A stretch of DNA of 64,000 nt from Eledone cirrhosa (GCA_964016885.1 OZ024742.1:35340001-35404000); one strand, 5' to 3'; positions 39,369-53,350 are shown, counted from the stretch's first letter. Notes: generated by a model from the letters alone, not told the origin. Made by a program: numbers and translations.

Positions 39369-39764
39369 TATTAGAGACGGTGGAGATCTTAGTCTAGGGT
39401 TCAATCCTGGAGAGGAGCTACACATGGAGGTGGGGTCCTACTGAATATTTATTCGTATATAATATATTGTTGATAACTCTCCCTCAAATTACACTACCTG
39501 CTGGAAATAAAAGAATGCTTTGGATATTCTTGTCTAAAATACACTGTGCTAGAAGCCATGGTATAGCCACGGATGGAATGTCACTAATCGCAGATCTATT
39601 CCACTTGAAGTAACTTGGTTATTGTCAGACAATAATAGTGAAAGAACACGTCCTAACCCTAACCCTTTCATTACTATATTTCTAATGAAAGAAGCTGACA
39701 ATGATTTTCAAATAATTTTGAAAATAATCAAGAGTCACTTCAGGCCTAGCCGCTATTTCTGCAA

Positions 39765-40037
39765 ATTGAGAGATCACAGCTCTGATACTATGGGATTGTG
39801 GTTAGGATGTATAAGGAAAGAATCTCTGGACATATTTTACGGGGAAAACCAACCGGCAAGAGACCCAGGGGTGGACCCCGAGCAAGATGGTTGGATAACA
39901 TCCATGAGCTTTGCTGGTCTCACTTGGGTATCTACCTGGATCAGTTGGAGACGATTGCTTCTGACAGGACCCGTTGGAAGGAGTGTTTGAGGATCTGCCC
40001 CTCGTGACCCTCTCGGGAATAAGTGGGCGAAGAAGAA
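39765..40037 (+). mobile_element. RTE LINE 3' fragment
   Basis: GKRPRGGPRARWLDNI...ASDRTRW; short GAA tail. Confidence 0.75.
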
Positions 40038-40439
40038 TAATCAAGAATTTGGAGTAGTTTAGAAAAATAACTGACTTCTTCATTATTTTGATCATAACTT
40101 CTCAAAGGTTTTTATATATAATTGTGAAGAAAGTTGTTAGTAAGATATAAATGCTTTCATTACAATATTTCTAATGAAAGACACTGTTTATGATTTTTAA
40201 TTCATTTGGTAAATAATCAATAATTTAGAAAGATTTAGTAATAAAATAACTTTCTCAATATTAAGTTGGTGTTTGGAACATAACTTAATAAAGTTTCTAA
40301 CATAAAATTATTCGTAAAGTTTTTAGATAAATATAATCATTTTAAAATAAGCATCTTTGTTTTGTAGAAGCAAAGTCGATTTCATGTTGTTGGGTATCAA
40401 AAAGGTTAAACTAACAATGAATGTAAGAAAGTAACTTAC

Positions 40440-40569
40440 CTGTAGACAGTTTAGAATGGTAAATATATAGGTAAATATCAACGTGGAATTGGAATCAACT
40501 GAGAGAAAACCAAAAGTCCAGGTGAGACCTAATAAGGGCAATAATACTGCAGTGGCTTTCAGTCCAACT
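40440..40569 (-). CDS. Adhesion GPCR exon: TM6-TM7
   Basis: cag|A GTT...CAG|gtaagt, 130 nt: VGLKATAVLLPLLGLTWTFGFLSVDSNSTLIFTYIFTILNCLQ; LLPLLGLTW and NxLQG motifs. Confidence 0.97.
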
Positions 40570-40599
40570 CTGTGGAATATAAGAATTTATAGACAAATA

Positions 40600-41775
40600 T
40601 ATATATATATATATATATATAACAGAGGATATCTGTATGTCTGTCAGTGTGTGTGTCTGTCTGTCTGTGTAAATCCCTAAAACTCGAGAAGTACCCGAAG
40701 TACACATGTGCTACTTATATTTCTTGAAGTGCAATGGGCAAAACAATTTTAAACTTTTTCTGCCCTAGGGCCCACATTAGGCGAAAAACACCGCATTTAA
40801 AAGGCATTTTTAGGCTTTTTTGGGGACGTAACTTAAAGATAATCCAGTCGATTTCCTCGAAATTTGCAGCACACATTAGTTAGTCCCCTCGCATTGCTGT
40901 GACCAAAAACAATTTCCGATTCCATTAATGGTTCTAGGAAATTTACGAATTAACATTGGGCATTACATGCCATTTCCATTTTCAATATAAACGCTACTTA
41001 AACATCGTAAGTAGCAAATAATATTTCGTTAAAAATTTGGTTTATTTAATAGAGGACACAACACTTACTTACTTTTAAGCAGGATTCTTTTTTGGGGGAT
41101 TGAGGAAATGAGGAGGACCTTAAATTTTTTGTTGGCGCCCTGTTGATGCTTCGTGCTTTCATCACGCGCAAATCCGGACCCTGTGTACGTTGCCGTGTTA
41201 TTGACACCATTAAACTCACGTCTGTGTTACTTCTACTAAGAACCCTTTTGTTGCACCTACACCGCAGTATCAATGCCCTGCGCAAGTACGCCGAACAACG
41301 AGTGTGCTAATTCCGCGGTGACCCCTTTTATCGCACCTTTGTTGCTGTATAAACACAGTGCAACCAGTGCCTCCCAGCGTTTGTACTAATTGCACTATGA
41401 CCCCCTTCTTCTGCAGCTGCGTTGCCACCCTGATTTCGTCATCTTAATATCCCTACTTAAACGTACATCCCTACTTGGTTTTCACACAATTGACTACGTC
41501 ACTCCGTCACACAACACTTACTCCTTTGCCATACAGGATTGCCTCAATCAGCCCCCTCACACTGCTACTACAGTATTTCCTCAATCACAATCAGCCCCCT
41601 CACACTGCTACTACTATATTTGGGCCTGCTGGTGTTCAACGTTTCCAGTAGATCAACAATCATTCCCTGAGAATAAGAGAATTCAAAATGTACACAACTA
41701 CATTCCTCAATCTTTGCATATCCGTGTTGCTATTTCACGTTTACTACCCCGTGCAACGGCGAGTCCTGCTGCTAG
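40600..41775 (+). mobile_element. Non-autonomous Helitron next to the TM6-7 exon acceptor
   Basis: TATA..(CTGT)n head; 3' CCCCGTGCAACGGCGAG then CTAG|T. Confidence 0.65.
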
Positions 41776-42259
41776 TATATATATATATATACACTTACAC
41801 ACACACTTACACACATACACATATATATGTCATATACACGATGGGTTTCCCGGCAGTTCAGTTACCAAATCCCACTCTCAAGGTATTGTTTAGGCCGAGG
41901 CTACAGCAGACGAATCTTTCTCAGAATTAGAAACCCCTTTGTGCCCTCATCGTGCTAATGATGTGTCAGTATCTTCCAAATTGTTTTGCTCGTTTACATA
42001 TGTAAATATGTTTACGCTTTTACTCTTTTACTTGTTCCAGCCCATAAGCTGATGTCACGCTGGAACACCGCCATTTTATCATATATCCCTTTGATGAAAG
42101 TGTATTTGGAGTCAAATAACAACAACGCAAACCATGTAATAGGAAGATTGTTCTTCCAGTCGCTAAATGATCTGAATAAGTTGTAGAATATACAGTTTCT
42201 GTCATCGTAGAAATAAACAAAAAAAAAACGAAAATTAAATGTTTGCAGTTGTGGCTTAC

Positions 42260-42354
42260 CGTATAGCAGATGTCTCTTCGGCAATAGCTCGGTGGGAGGA
42301 GCGAAATGAACGGAGCATGACTCGGATAACAATTGCCAACACTATAGTGTTTAG
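42260..42354 (-). CDS. Adhesion GPCR exon: TM5-ICL3
   Basis: cag|CTA AAC...ATA CG|gtaagc, 95 nt: LNTIVLAIVIRVMLRSFRSSHRAIAEETSAI(R). Confidence 0.93.
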
Positions 42355-42432
42355 CTGAACAGGAATAGTTGAATAGAAGAGAAAGAGGTGAGAATGAGTG
42401 ACATGACAGATTGTAAGAATGCATGACAAATA

Positions 42433-42962
42433 TACTTGGCGTGGCAATAAAGTTTTTAGAATAGTAGGCTGTGTGCCGTATATAGCAGTAAATGTAGTTA
42501 ATATTAGTTAGAATTTGAATATTGTTGTACGTGTGTGATATTCTCTATGAATGCTGTATTTTGTCACAAGCCTATGCATAATTATTTTGCTGTCATTCTT
42601 GTGAGTTTATAATATACGCATCGAACAGCTCAATCACAAAATATTTTTTTCCAGAGGAGAAGAGTGGTAATGATGAAACAATCACCCTATAGTCCCGACG
42701 TAAATTTGTGCAATCGTTGGGTGTTCAAGTTATTAAAGCAATACCTTTGAAAATTTGTTGGTGGTTGATGAATCGTTGCACTGGTTTCGACAATTGCCAA
42801 AGAGACGGTTCCAGAAAGAGTTAAATACTTTGCATAAGCACTGTAAAGATGTTATTGCATTCAACGGAGATTATGTTTTGCAGAATAAATACATTTTAAT
42901 TTCAATATGTTGTGCATTTTCATCTAAAGAGTTATTTTAAAGATTTTATTGCCACACCAACT
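42433..42962 (+). mobile_element. Degenerate mariner relic
   Basis: TIRs TTGGCGTGGCAATAAAG / TTTTATTGCCACACCAA; PYSPDVNLCNRWVFKLLK (YSPDL motif) at about 42685 and NGDYV C-terminus. Confidence 0.8.
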
Positions 42963-43095
42963 ATAAATAAACGAATAAAAGAATGCACAAATAAAAGAAT
43001 ACACGAAAGAGAAAGGCAACGAGTGATATAGAAGAATAAAGGATTAAAAGAGTAAATGAAGGGAAAAGATGAAATAATAAATGTTTCCTCACAAA

Positions 43096-43528
43096 TGTTT
43101 GTCACCGGACATGATACCAGAATCACCGTCAAAATTGACGGGAATTCACACATATATATAAAGTTAACCAAGAAATGAAAAAGAAGTTTACGGAGTTTAA
43201 AGCCTACAATCTCGTTACTGTCTAATGCTGTTCTAATTCGTAAAACCTTAGGCATTTTTTGGTCAATTCTGTATTTTCTCTCGTACTGTGTGGTAAATAA
43301 ATATATACAAATACACCAGGTCCGAACACAAAGGAACAAAACCCCCACTGGCACTGCCTCCGTCTTTCCCGCTCTCCCCATCTCTTACTATTATGAGCAA
43401 ATGAACTGGCCACCCGCGGCCCCGACGGACAGAATGGAGAAGGCGTTTCCACGGAGGATGGTGAGGGAACGCGCTGGGAGAGCCATTCCAGCTCGCGAGG
43501 CTCACACTGTTGTTTATGTGTGAATACA
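43096..43528 (-). mobile_element. Solo-LTR-like repeat
   Basis: TG...CA ends; internal similarity to 3170-3350(+) (CTCATAATAGT.AGAGATGGGGAG...TGTGTTC.GACCTGGTGT); no TSD seen. Confidence 0.45.
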
Positions 43529-44129
43529 CTTCTAGTTAATTTAACCCGTTTATTTAATTGGCTTACCTAGTTACAGCAGGATTGAAATACAGAGCGCAAT
43601 GTATGAAATAGTTATTTTATGAATATCTCTCTAGATACATTTTAAATATATACAAATTCATGTTTAATTTCATACATCACACATTTTTAATACATATATA
43701 CATCTTAATGGTAAGTACGCGGATGTTTATTCTATTAAAGGGAATCGAAATCGTGACACCTCTGTTCAGTAGTGGATACTATTGCCACAGAGCTACGTCT
43801 ACTATAAAGATAACTTTCCCCTATATATATTTTGATATATATATATATTTTAAGGTGTGTCTTGAACATTTATAACCTAGCAATGCTCATACCTCTACAG
43901 GTTTGAAACAGTTAATTCCTTCCTGAAAAAAGAAAGATAAAGCGAGAAAGAGAAATAGAAGAACTGGCCTTAGTACTGGACAAATACTTTAATTATTGAC
44001 CTCGAAAGTAAAGCTTGGAGGGATTTCAATTCATAGCTCATAGCGCAGTGAACCGAAACAAATACTGAGGCATTTTTGATCCAACCCAACCTATTCCCCG
44101 CTTTTGATTAAACGATCACAGAAAATAAA

Positions 44130-44399
44130 TCTATAGATATATAAAATAAAATGTCTATCTGTCTGTCTGTTTGTATGCAGGTGATGCATTTCCACAGTTT
44201 CCATCCGATTTTGTTCAAATTTGATACATAGGTTATTTACCTCCCGGAGCATGTCAACATATAGTTTAAATCGTGCTTTCCCCTAAAATAGTAAAGTTTG
44301 GGGGCTATTTAAAGCTGGCCCTGTTGAGGAGAGAGAGGGGGGGGGTCTTTATTTACAGGGGCGAAAGGTGTGCCCGGCAACGACGGGCTCTTTTGTTAG
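44130..44399 (+). mobile_element. Non-autonomous Helitron
   Basis: A|TC start, (CTGT)n, GCCCG-gcaacga-CGGGC hairpin, TTAG|T end. Confidence 0.72.
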
Positions 44400-44844
44400 T
44401 AAATATATAAATTCAAAAATTTTGGATAAAGCCCACAATACAGATTGGAGTGAATCTGCTTTTCGAAGCAAAAACTGATCGTATTTCGAAATAAGGACCT
44501 TTCTTTCTGAATTTCAGGGTAACGCCGTTCTCACCAACCAGTCCATCACTAACTGATGTATGTAGATATGATGTTATTCACCACCACTACCACAGCCATC
44601 ACAACTGCCGGCGTCATCACCAATAACAAGAACAACAACACTCATACAGTGGGTTTTAATAACAAACCTACTGATAACAAGTAGGTGGTGAGTTAGTTGT
44701 TGAACTAATATGAAATACAACTAAGACATTAATTCGTCATAGAGTCTGTTACATATTTAGGACAGAAAATGTACTGACAAGAGAAGTGGAGGAAAGCTAT
44801 GTGTATATATATAGAGAGAGGGGGAATAGAGAAAGAAGGATATA

Positions 44845-44946
44845 TATACACATATATATACATACATACATATATATGTATATATATATGTATATATATA
44901 TTTGTATATATATACATATGTATATATATATATATATATACATATG

Positions 44947-44978
<32 letters not shown>

Positions 44979-45018
44979 AGTATACATATATATACATATA
45001 TATATATATATTTATACA

Positions 45019-45049
<31 letters not shown>

Positions 45050-45139
45050 GTATATATATATATATACATATATATATACACACATATATATACATATATA
45101 TACATATATCTGTATATATATACATATATATATACACAT

Positions 45140-45207
<68 letters not shown>

Positions 45208-45529
45208 GTGGAGTGAAGGAGAGAGAAAGGGTGGTGTAGTGAAATAAAGTTATGTAAACTGTGAATGGGTTGACTCACCACAATCACCAAGGCAACCGTT
45301 GGCACAAATAACACTAGCAGACTTGAACTTGTCATCCAGCATCTGTTGAGGGAAGAAACAGAAACAGTATGTGAATGTATGTATGTATGTATGTATGTAT
45401 GTATGTATGTATGTATGTATGTATGTATGTATGTATGTATGTATGTATGTATGTATCTATGTGTATGTGTGTATGTATGTATGTGTGTATGTATGTATGT
45501 GTGCATATGTGTATGTATGTATGTGTATG

Positions 45530-45560
<31 letters not shown>

Positions 45561-45991
45561 GTATCTATGTGTATGTGTGTATGTATGTGTGTATGTATGT
45601 ATGTGTGCATGTGTGTATGTGTGTGTGTATGTGTGTATGTATGTGTGTATCTATGTGTGTATGTATGTATGTGTGTATCTATGTGTATGTGTGTATGTAT
45701 GTATGTATGTGTGTATGTGTGTATGTGTGTATGTATGTATGCATCCGTGCATGTATGTATGTGTACAAACAGATACAAAACATGAAAAAGCATATAATGT
45801 ACACATAGATACACACACACACACACACACATACACACACACATCTATGCATATATAACCAGTTTCTTTTTCTGTCTCTCTGAATCTAAATCTATTTATA
45901 TATATATATGTGTATGTATATATATATATATATACATACATATATATATATATGTGTGTGTATGTATATATATATACATGCATATATATAT

Positions 45992-46055
<64 letters not shown>

Positions 46056-46158
46056 ATATATATATATATGTGTGTGTGTGTATATGTATATATATATATA
46101 TAGAGAGAGATATGCATATATATATATATACATACATATATTTGTGAATATAAGACTG

Positions 46159-46213
<55 letters not shown>

Positions 46214-46502
46214 CATATATTTATGTATATAAGACTACAATATATATATGTGATCAAATCAGTCCAGTCATGGCTACCCAGGCGTTTATCATGCACAGTT
46301 TATCATGGACTAATTGAAAACATGTATATGCACACATGTGAATAGTAAGTTGACAACTAGTGATGCTCCAGCTGGGACGTCTCACAATTGGGTGTGTCCC
46401 CCATCAACCCACTCCCCTCACAGTTTCAGCACGTGAAATGTAATAAAGTCTGTAGGTACTCAAGAGGGTTTGTCGACACTGGGAGACCAAAGGATTGTGA
46501 TT

Positions 46503-46567
<65 letters not shown>

Positions 46568-46730
46568 TACACACACACACGCACACGTACACAGATACAA
46601 ACACACACACACTACACACACACACACACACACATACATACACGCACACGCACATACACACACATACACATACACATACACACACATATACACACATAAA
46701 CACACACACATATACACATACACACACACA

Positions 46731-46774
<44 letters not shown>

Positions 46775-46800
46775 TACACACACACACACACACACATATT
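44845..46800. repeat. Compound microsatellite field (TA, TATG, CA) surrounding a 64-nt exon
   Basis: Direct inspection; similar (TA)n/(CA)n/(GA)n tracts throughout account for most ORF-track entries. Confidence 0.95.
45279..45342 (-). CDS. Adhesion GPCR exon: ECL2 CW motif-TM5
   Basis: cag|A TGC TGG...GTG|gtgagt, 64 nt: [21 protein letters not shown]. Confidence 0.93.
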
Positions 46801-47461
46801 CACATCCATACACCTACAGACATACATGTGTATGCATACACGCCAATGTATATGCCCATCCCTACATACGCACATACACGCACACACCACAAACACACAC
46901 ACATATATGGGTGTCTCATACTGCACACACACAAATACGAATCCGGACAAACTCACACACAGACCGAAAACACCCATAAATATACTGACACACACAATCT
47001 TATACATAAAACCACACATGGATTCCTATTGTCAGAAATGTTAAATAGTACAGGTCCCAAAAGGTATATGTGAGAGTCCATTAATCAAGGAGGGTACCTT
47101 CTACAATACAGCTGCCTCTCTGCATAGACATGTTGGCCATTTAAAACATTCAACCAGGAGCTAAACAACAGCTGAAATCCAGATCTTTTGATAGACTTAA
47201 AGCTAAAAACTATAAGGTTTCTTTATATTGACTAGCCTAGCAGAAAAACCACCCTTCGGGTGGTTTTCTGCTAGCATGTGTAGTGTGTATATTGATATTA
47301 TATGCAAGTATATATACATGTAGATATGATACGTCAAATCAAATCTTAATTGACAATATACACAGAAATTGAAGTGAGTCTGTGTTACACTGCCTTGTGT
47401 AATCAGTAACGTAATTCATGATACATTAAAAAAAGACGATATTATATATAAACTGCGGTTC

Positions 47462-47649
47462 TGGATTGGCAGTATAGGTAGAGGGTCGGACGCCATGCTT
47501 TTGCAGCATAGAGTTACGCCCCTTTATGGTCTGAGTTCGAATCCCGCCGAGGTTAACTTTGCCTTTCATCCTTACGGGGTCGATAGAATAAAGTACCAGT
47601 AATGCACTGAGATAATTGCTGACCTTGTGCCAAAAGTAGAAACAATTAT
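47462..47649 (+). mobile_element. SINE family 1 with TSD
   Basis: Flanking duplication ATTATATATAAACTGC. Confidence 0.92.
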
Positions 47650-47989
47650 ATATAAACTGCATTAGGTAAAAATTAATGACAGAAATATATGAATATTTAT
47701 TTAAACGATCACTAACCGGAAGTGTTGACATTTAAACATTTTAAAGAAGTGAATCTTTAAATAAATAATAAAATATATTTAATGAACAGCCACGAAATTT
47801 AGTAGATAAATTATGTAATATTCATTCATTATTTATTCAAAGTAATCCAACTTATTTTACTAATGGGATAAAAAATTATTAACCGTACGTAAAAATTATA
47901 AACCGCGCTTCTTATTTTATTATAGTTTAGATTTCTAATATTGGCACAAAGCCAGACATTTGAGACGGAAGAAATCAGTTCACACTCTT

Positions 47990-48200
47990 CAAATACCGGT
48001 CGTTCTACGACAGGTTTGCGGTTGTACCCTTGGCAGTGGAGACTTCTGGTGTCCTCGGCTCTAGGGCTACCTCCCTACTCACCACCATAGGCACTGAGCT
48101 GGCCAGTCACACGTGTGAGCCCCGCCAGTTGGAGTGGCTCTTCCAGCGCGTCTCCCTCGCCGTCCTCCGAGGAAATGCCTTCTTATTTCTGTCCGCCGGG
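47990..48200 (+). mobile_element. CRE/R2-type LINE endonuclease C-terminal fragment
   Basis: PLAVETSGVLG...WLFQRVSLAVLRGNA motif. Confidence 0.7.
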
Positions 48201-48612
48201 GCTGTGGGGAGAGAAGCCGATTATATTAGGAATTCTGTTGAATAGGTTTAGCTAAGTACCACGCCTAAATCATGATGCAGCCAATTATAAGCCTGGAACC
48301 ATTTTGATTGAATATTGATTCTAGTTGTACTAATTTATCACCACCGGAAGGACAAAAGGCAAAACTAACCCCTGCAGGATTTGAACTCAAAACATGAATT
48401 TGTCAGTCAATCATTTTACCAATAAAAATGATACTATATACAAATATGAAGATAAAGAAGAACTGATCAAAATACACTTACATACACAGACACACAAACA
48501 ACATACACGTAGGCACACACTCTGCTAAGAACACACACAATAAAACGCACATATATGGAAACCTACACATGCAACTGAACAGACACATACACACACATTC
48601 CCATAGGTAGTG

Positions 48613-48643
<31 letters not shown>

Positions 48644-48994
48644 CGACAGGTAGTGCACACACACACACACTCCTATAAGTAGTGCACATATCACACACAG
48701 ACTGAACCACACACACTGATAATAGACCCTCCACATACCATTAAGAACAAAATATACCCCACTCTAACACATACCCGCACACACACGATCTCTCTTTCCC
48801 TTTCCCTCTCTCCACACACGATATCTCCCCCTCCCCGACACTATCTCCCCCCCCCCCCCCCTCACACACGATCTCTCTCTCTCTCTCCCACAGACACACA
48901 CACGATATATACATACATAATGGCTGCTCCCTCGTTATCGAGTATAGCCATTGCACGATATACCATTATTAATAATTATTAATTCATTCTATCG

Positions 48995-49360
48995 TGCAAT
49001 GCCTGTGCGTGAAGATATTTTTTAAAGTGAGGAAAGACTGTGCACTGAACCAATCCCACTCTATGAGCGACAGTAGCTATAACCCGAAAAGAAGAAAAGA
49101 TCAACATCATCGGTAACTACTGAGCCGGAGGTTTTATATCGGAGTTATCCCAGTTTCCTGAGTTGCCTTCTCCTAGATGAATGCCCTGACAAAGTGTGGG
49201 GATCCTTCGCTCCCATGGTCGGGTCGTCGGCGACTAAACCGGCAACCCCACCAAGTTTACTTGGTGAGGGTGATTTAGGACACCCTGCAGGACAAAAAAA
49301 CAAAACCTGACAGCGGCGGAAGAACTCATAAGAGTCAACGACCATCCAAAAGTGTGTAAA
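48995..49360 (+). mobile_element. Probable LINE (RTE-like) 5' UTR fragment
   Basis: ATGCCTGTGCGTGAAG...CCCACTCT shared with an inverted diverged copy at 15555-15616; GC-rich structured sequence. Confidence 0.4.
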
Positions 49361-49386
49361 TATGTATATACACATGTACCACGCGG

Positions 49387-49458
<72 letters not shown>

Positions 49459-49527
49459 TGAAGGTCTAGCAAATAGAGAAAATGTTTTAAAATAAATTTT
49501 AAAAAATTCGCAGTACTTACTATATGT

Positions 49528-49609
49528 GCCTTTACCGCGGTTTCATGCTCCAGAATAAAGGGAAAATCCAAGCGGAATTCCATTGAGAAGGGACCAATCT
49601 TCAGAGGGC
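49528..49609 (-). ncRNA. Hammerhead-like motif with stem II insertion
   Basis: GCCCU-CUGAAGA-U-UGGUCC...GGAGCA-U-GAA-ACCGCGGU-A-AAGGC; palindromic stem III, one mismatch each in stems I and II. Confidence 0.6.
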
Positions 49610-49749
49610 TCTTCTCCCTCGGAGAATATAAAATTCCCGAGTTCAAATCACAAACTGACGCCATACAAAACCATTCCGAAATGAGAGCGAATGATGAAAG
49701 AAATAGTTCTGTCCGGTGCCGTGTGCAAAGACAAAAGGCAGGGTGGACA

Positions 49750-49900
<151 letters not shown>

Positions 49901-50339
49901 TTCTCTCCCACACACAAACAAACAGAAAACACGTACATTCAATACGATGTACAAATCATTACCAATTATAGACCCGGATATTTTGCAACCACCTCAGTAC
50001 ATCTTCCCACACGCCAGGCCTTTCACTTCCCGACATAACCATTCTGATATACATTCTTTTTCTTCAGTCTTACCTTTATTTTTTCTTGATGAAGAACTAA
50101 TGTTCAATACATTGAGACATTTCTTTTTCTTTCCCACAACAAGCATGAAACTAATACGACTTTGTGTAATCTTATCTTATGTTTGTGTTCTTTGAAAATA
50201 TATATATATATGAATGTATGTATAGTATATTTGGCAATATACTGTATGTTTAATTAAAAACACTTAGAAGACCATACGCTACCAGTTTTAAAGTAGTGAC
50301 TATGTCACTTACTTCTTTTCGGCGAAAGAAGGGAGAGAA

Positions 50340-50380
50340 GCTGACAGTCCGTTTCACGCTGGTTGACGTTCATCAGAGGC
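50340..50380 (-). ncRNA. Hammerhead-like motif between direct repeats
   Basis: CU-CUGAUGA-ACGU(caacca)GCGU-GAA-ACGgacUGU-C-AG; stem I only 2 bp. Confidence 0.5.
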
Positions 50381-50661
50381 ACGTACTCCCCTGCTTCCGC
50401 CGAAAATTATAGAAGCTGGATTCTTATAGAATTTCAGTAATAATCAGGAGCTGATTATACAGAGCGATTGCGGTCCAGCAAAAATTAGGTATTAGGAGTA
50501 GTGCTCTGAAATAGCGATGTATATATGAATGTATGTATAGTATATTTAGCAATATACCGTATGTTTAATTAAAACATTTAGAAGACGTTACGCTATCGGT
50601 TTTAAAGTAGTGACTATGTCACTTACATATTTTCGGCGAAATATATTTGTGTGTGTGTGTG

Positions 50662-50718
<57 letters not shown>

Positions 50719-50821
50719 TTGTGTGCGTGTGTATGCAAAAAGTAAACAGAGATAACAAACCAAAGGACACAGTACAATGAATAAATCTATTAGTTTAACG
50801 ATTGATATAGTAGGAAAAGAG

Positions 50822-50857
50822 TCTTAACGTTTCGGACCCAAGTCCTTCATCAGAAGA
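50822..50857 (-). ncRNA. Minimal hammerhead ribozyme, GGAC/GUCC family (intronic, sense)
   Basis: UCUU-CUGAUGA-A-GGAC(uugg)GUCC-GAA-ACGU-U-AAGA; differs from the 21746 copy only in loop II. Confidence 0.8.
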
Positions 50858-51029
50858 TAGAATGAGAAATAAAAGATGAAATAGAAAGATAGAGAGTGGG
50901 AAAAGGAAAGAACACGTGTGTGTATTCAGTCAGCCATGAGAGAGAGGGAGAGAGAGAAAAAGTGTGTGTGTAACTGCGTATATCACTTATGTGCGAATAT
51001 ATATATATATGTGTGTATGTGTGTGTATG

Positions 51030-51093
<64 letters not shown>

Positions 51094-51107
51094 TTTTAAT
51101 ATAGATG

Positions 51108-51158
51108 AGATTCTACAGGACTAGAACTGTTTCATTCATTAGAAATCATCAGGAATCT
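51108..51158 (-). ncRNA. Type I hammerhead ribozyme, ACAG/CUGU family (intronic, sense)
   Basis: AGAUUC-CUGAUGA-U-UUC(uaau)GAA-U-GAA-ACAG(uucuaguc)CUGU-A-GAAUCU. Confidence 0.82.
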
Positions 51159-51215
51159 GCTATGTATTGAGTACCTTACTTACTGTGGTTACCTCCGATT
51201 CAACCCGCAATAACG

Positions 51216-51256
<41 letters not shown>

Positions 51257-51338
51257 ATGTGTATGTGTGTGTGTGTGTATGTGTGTGTGTGTGTGTGTAT
51301 GTGTGTGTGTGTGTGTGTGTAAGTTATTATATACATAC

Positions 51339-51405
51339 ATGTTTCCTTGTCCATAATTATCAAATGCCAACGCCACTGGAATACCGACAATGACTAATGG
51401 AAGAC
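51339..51405 (-). CDS. Adhesion GPCR exon: TM4-ECL2
   Basis: cag|GT CTT CCA...AAC AT|gtatgt, 67 nt: (G)LPLVIVGIPVALAFDNYGQGN(I); phases match both neighbouring exons. Confidence 0.94.
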
Positions 51406-51753
51406 CTGGCAGAATGGAAATACAAGAATAAATAAGAGAATAAGAATTGGTATAGAGAGAGTGAGAAAGAGAGATAGATAGAGAGAGAGAGAGGGGAGAG
51501 AGAGGGAGAGAGAGGGAGAGAGAGAGAGAGAGTCAGACATAAACAGATGGACAGACAGGTATAAACAGAGAAAGTGAGAGAAACTGACGTAGACAGAGAT
51601 AGAGATAGATAAAGAGAGATAGAGTAAAAGATAGACAAACGGAGAAAGGTAGATAGATAAATAGAGAATATATAGAAAACTAGTGAAGGAGTGAGAGAGA
51701 GGGGGTGGGAGGGAGACAGAGGGTGAGAGAGAGACAGAGATTGAAAAACTCAC

Positions 51754-51904
51754 CCCACCCAATGGCGGCATATTTTTTCAGGTGACTTCCGGTTTTAAAG
51801 ACTTTCACCAGAACAATATAGAGATGTATGCCTTCCACTAACATCCAACAGAACATCGCCATCATGACGTAATGGAGTAATATGGCGACAACTTTGCATG
51901 CCAC
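51754..51904 (-). CDS. Adhesion GPCR exon: TM3-ICL2-start of TM4
   Basis: tag|GTG...TGG G|gtgagt, 151 nt: VACKVVAILLHYVMMAMFCWMLVEGIHLYIVLVKVFKTGSHLKKYAAIGW(G); canonical LHY..FxWMLVEGxHLY and GWG motifs. Confidence 0.97.
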
Positions 51905-52116
51905 CTATCGGTAGAATTTGTGAAAACATAGAGAACATTTTGATTAAAATTTGATGATGATAATGACGATGATGATGATGATGACAATGATAATGGTAGT
52001 GGTGGTGGTGATGGTGGTAGTGATAATGATGACAACGATGGCGATGATGATGATGATGATGATGATGACAATGATGAGGATGATGATGATGATGATGATG
52101 AGGATGATGAAAATTA

Positions 52117-52275
52117 TAATTGTTTCTACTTTTGTCACAAGGCCAGCAATTAGCTCAGTGCATAACTGGTACTTTATTTTATCGACCCCGTAAGGATGAA
52201 AGGCAAAGTTAACTTCGGCGGAATTTGAACTCAGATCATAAAGGGCCGTAACTCTATGCTACAAAGCATGGCGTC
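52117..52275 (-). mobile_element. SINE family 1, 5' truncated
   Basis: Body and tail match. Confidence 0.88.
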
Positions 52276-52734
52276 GATCCTAGAATTATAATGATGACCA
52301 ACATCATAATGATTTTCAATAGTCGATGAAATATCTGCTCAGAGCATAAGTGGTACTTTTAAAAATTAACTTTGGTCCTATTTGAATTCAGAATATACAG
52401 AGACGTAACTACATACAAGCAGTATACGCCGTTCTTCCGATTCTGCCAATCCTCATCCAGTAATGAGGAGCTCTCTCATTGCTGATGACGAATCAGTTCA
52501 GGGGAGATTACCCACAATACGAAATGGATGTTTCTAGAAGACACCAGAGAGCAAGAGTGAACTTATGAAGATCCCAAACATTTGTAGAGAAGTGTATAGT
52601 TGATTACACCGACTCCTAATACTTGACGGACATCTTATTTCATAGATCCCAGAAAGACGAAACGCAAATTCGACTTCTGTAGGATTTGAACTCAGGAAGT
52701 AAAAGGATACAACTACAATCTATGAGCATTATCT

Positions 52735-52892
52735 GACGCCATACTTTGCAGCATAGCGTTACGTCCCTTTGAGGCCTGAGTTCAAATCCTGCCGAGGTTA
52801 ACTTTGCCTTTCATCCTTACGGGCTCGATAAAATAAAGTACCAGTAATGCACTGGGTAATTGCTGGCCTTGTGCCAAAAGTAGAAACAATTA
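52735..52892 (+). mobile_element. SINE family 1, 5' truncated
   Basis: Body and tail match; ends about 50 nt from the TM2 exon donor. Confidence 0.88.
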
Positions 52893-52944
52893 TTTATGAC
52901 AAAAGTGGAAAATTAGAGAAGACATAATAAAGAAATATATTTAC

Positions 52945-53044
52945 CGGGTTGTCTTTCCTGTCGATACCAATCAAAAACACGAGTTGCACAAAAATGATTG
53001 AAAGGGCCAGGTTTTCGTGGATTCGAACTCGATCACTTGATAAC
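52945..53044 (-). CDS. Adhesion GPCR (ADGRD1/GPR133- or latrophilin-like 7tm_2) exon: ICL1-TM2
   Basis: tag|G...CCG|gtaaat, 100 nt (1+33 codons): LSSDRVRIHENLALSIIFVQLVFLIGIDRKDNP; IHxNL motif of class B TM2. Confidence 0.93.
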
Positions 53045-53350
53045 CTATAATATATGTGTTTTCAAGACAAATATTAAGGATAAGCAATCAAATCAAGGTT
53101 TTTATAGAAGAAATTAAAAGGTTATTAATACACATGGTTAGACAAGTTATGATAAAAAATGTTGATTAGTCGCTTTTGGCATTGCATTTGATTTAGCAGG
53201 GTGGATTTTAAGAAAATTCGGGGCTATTTCTGGCTTTGAGTAGCGGGCGACATTTTTGCTTCCACTTCGTTCTATTAATTTGTTTGTTGGGGTTAGCTGA
53301 CATTTATGTATTATTTAGTGTGAGTGTATTATTTATATATTATTTAGGGC

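Noticed and set aside
39652-39666. Telomeric repeat CCTAACCCTAACCC
   Set aside because: Only about 2 units; within chance.
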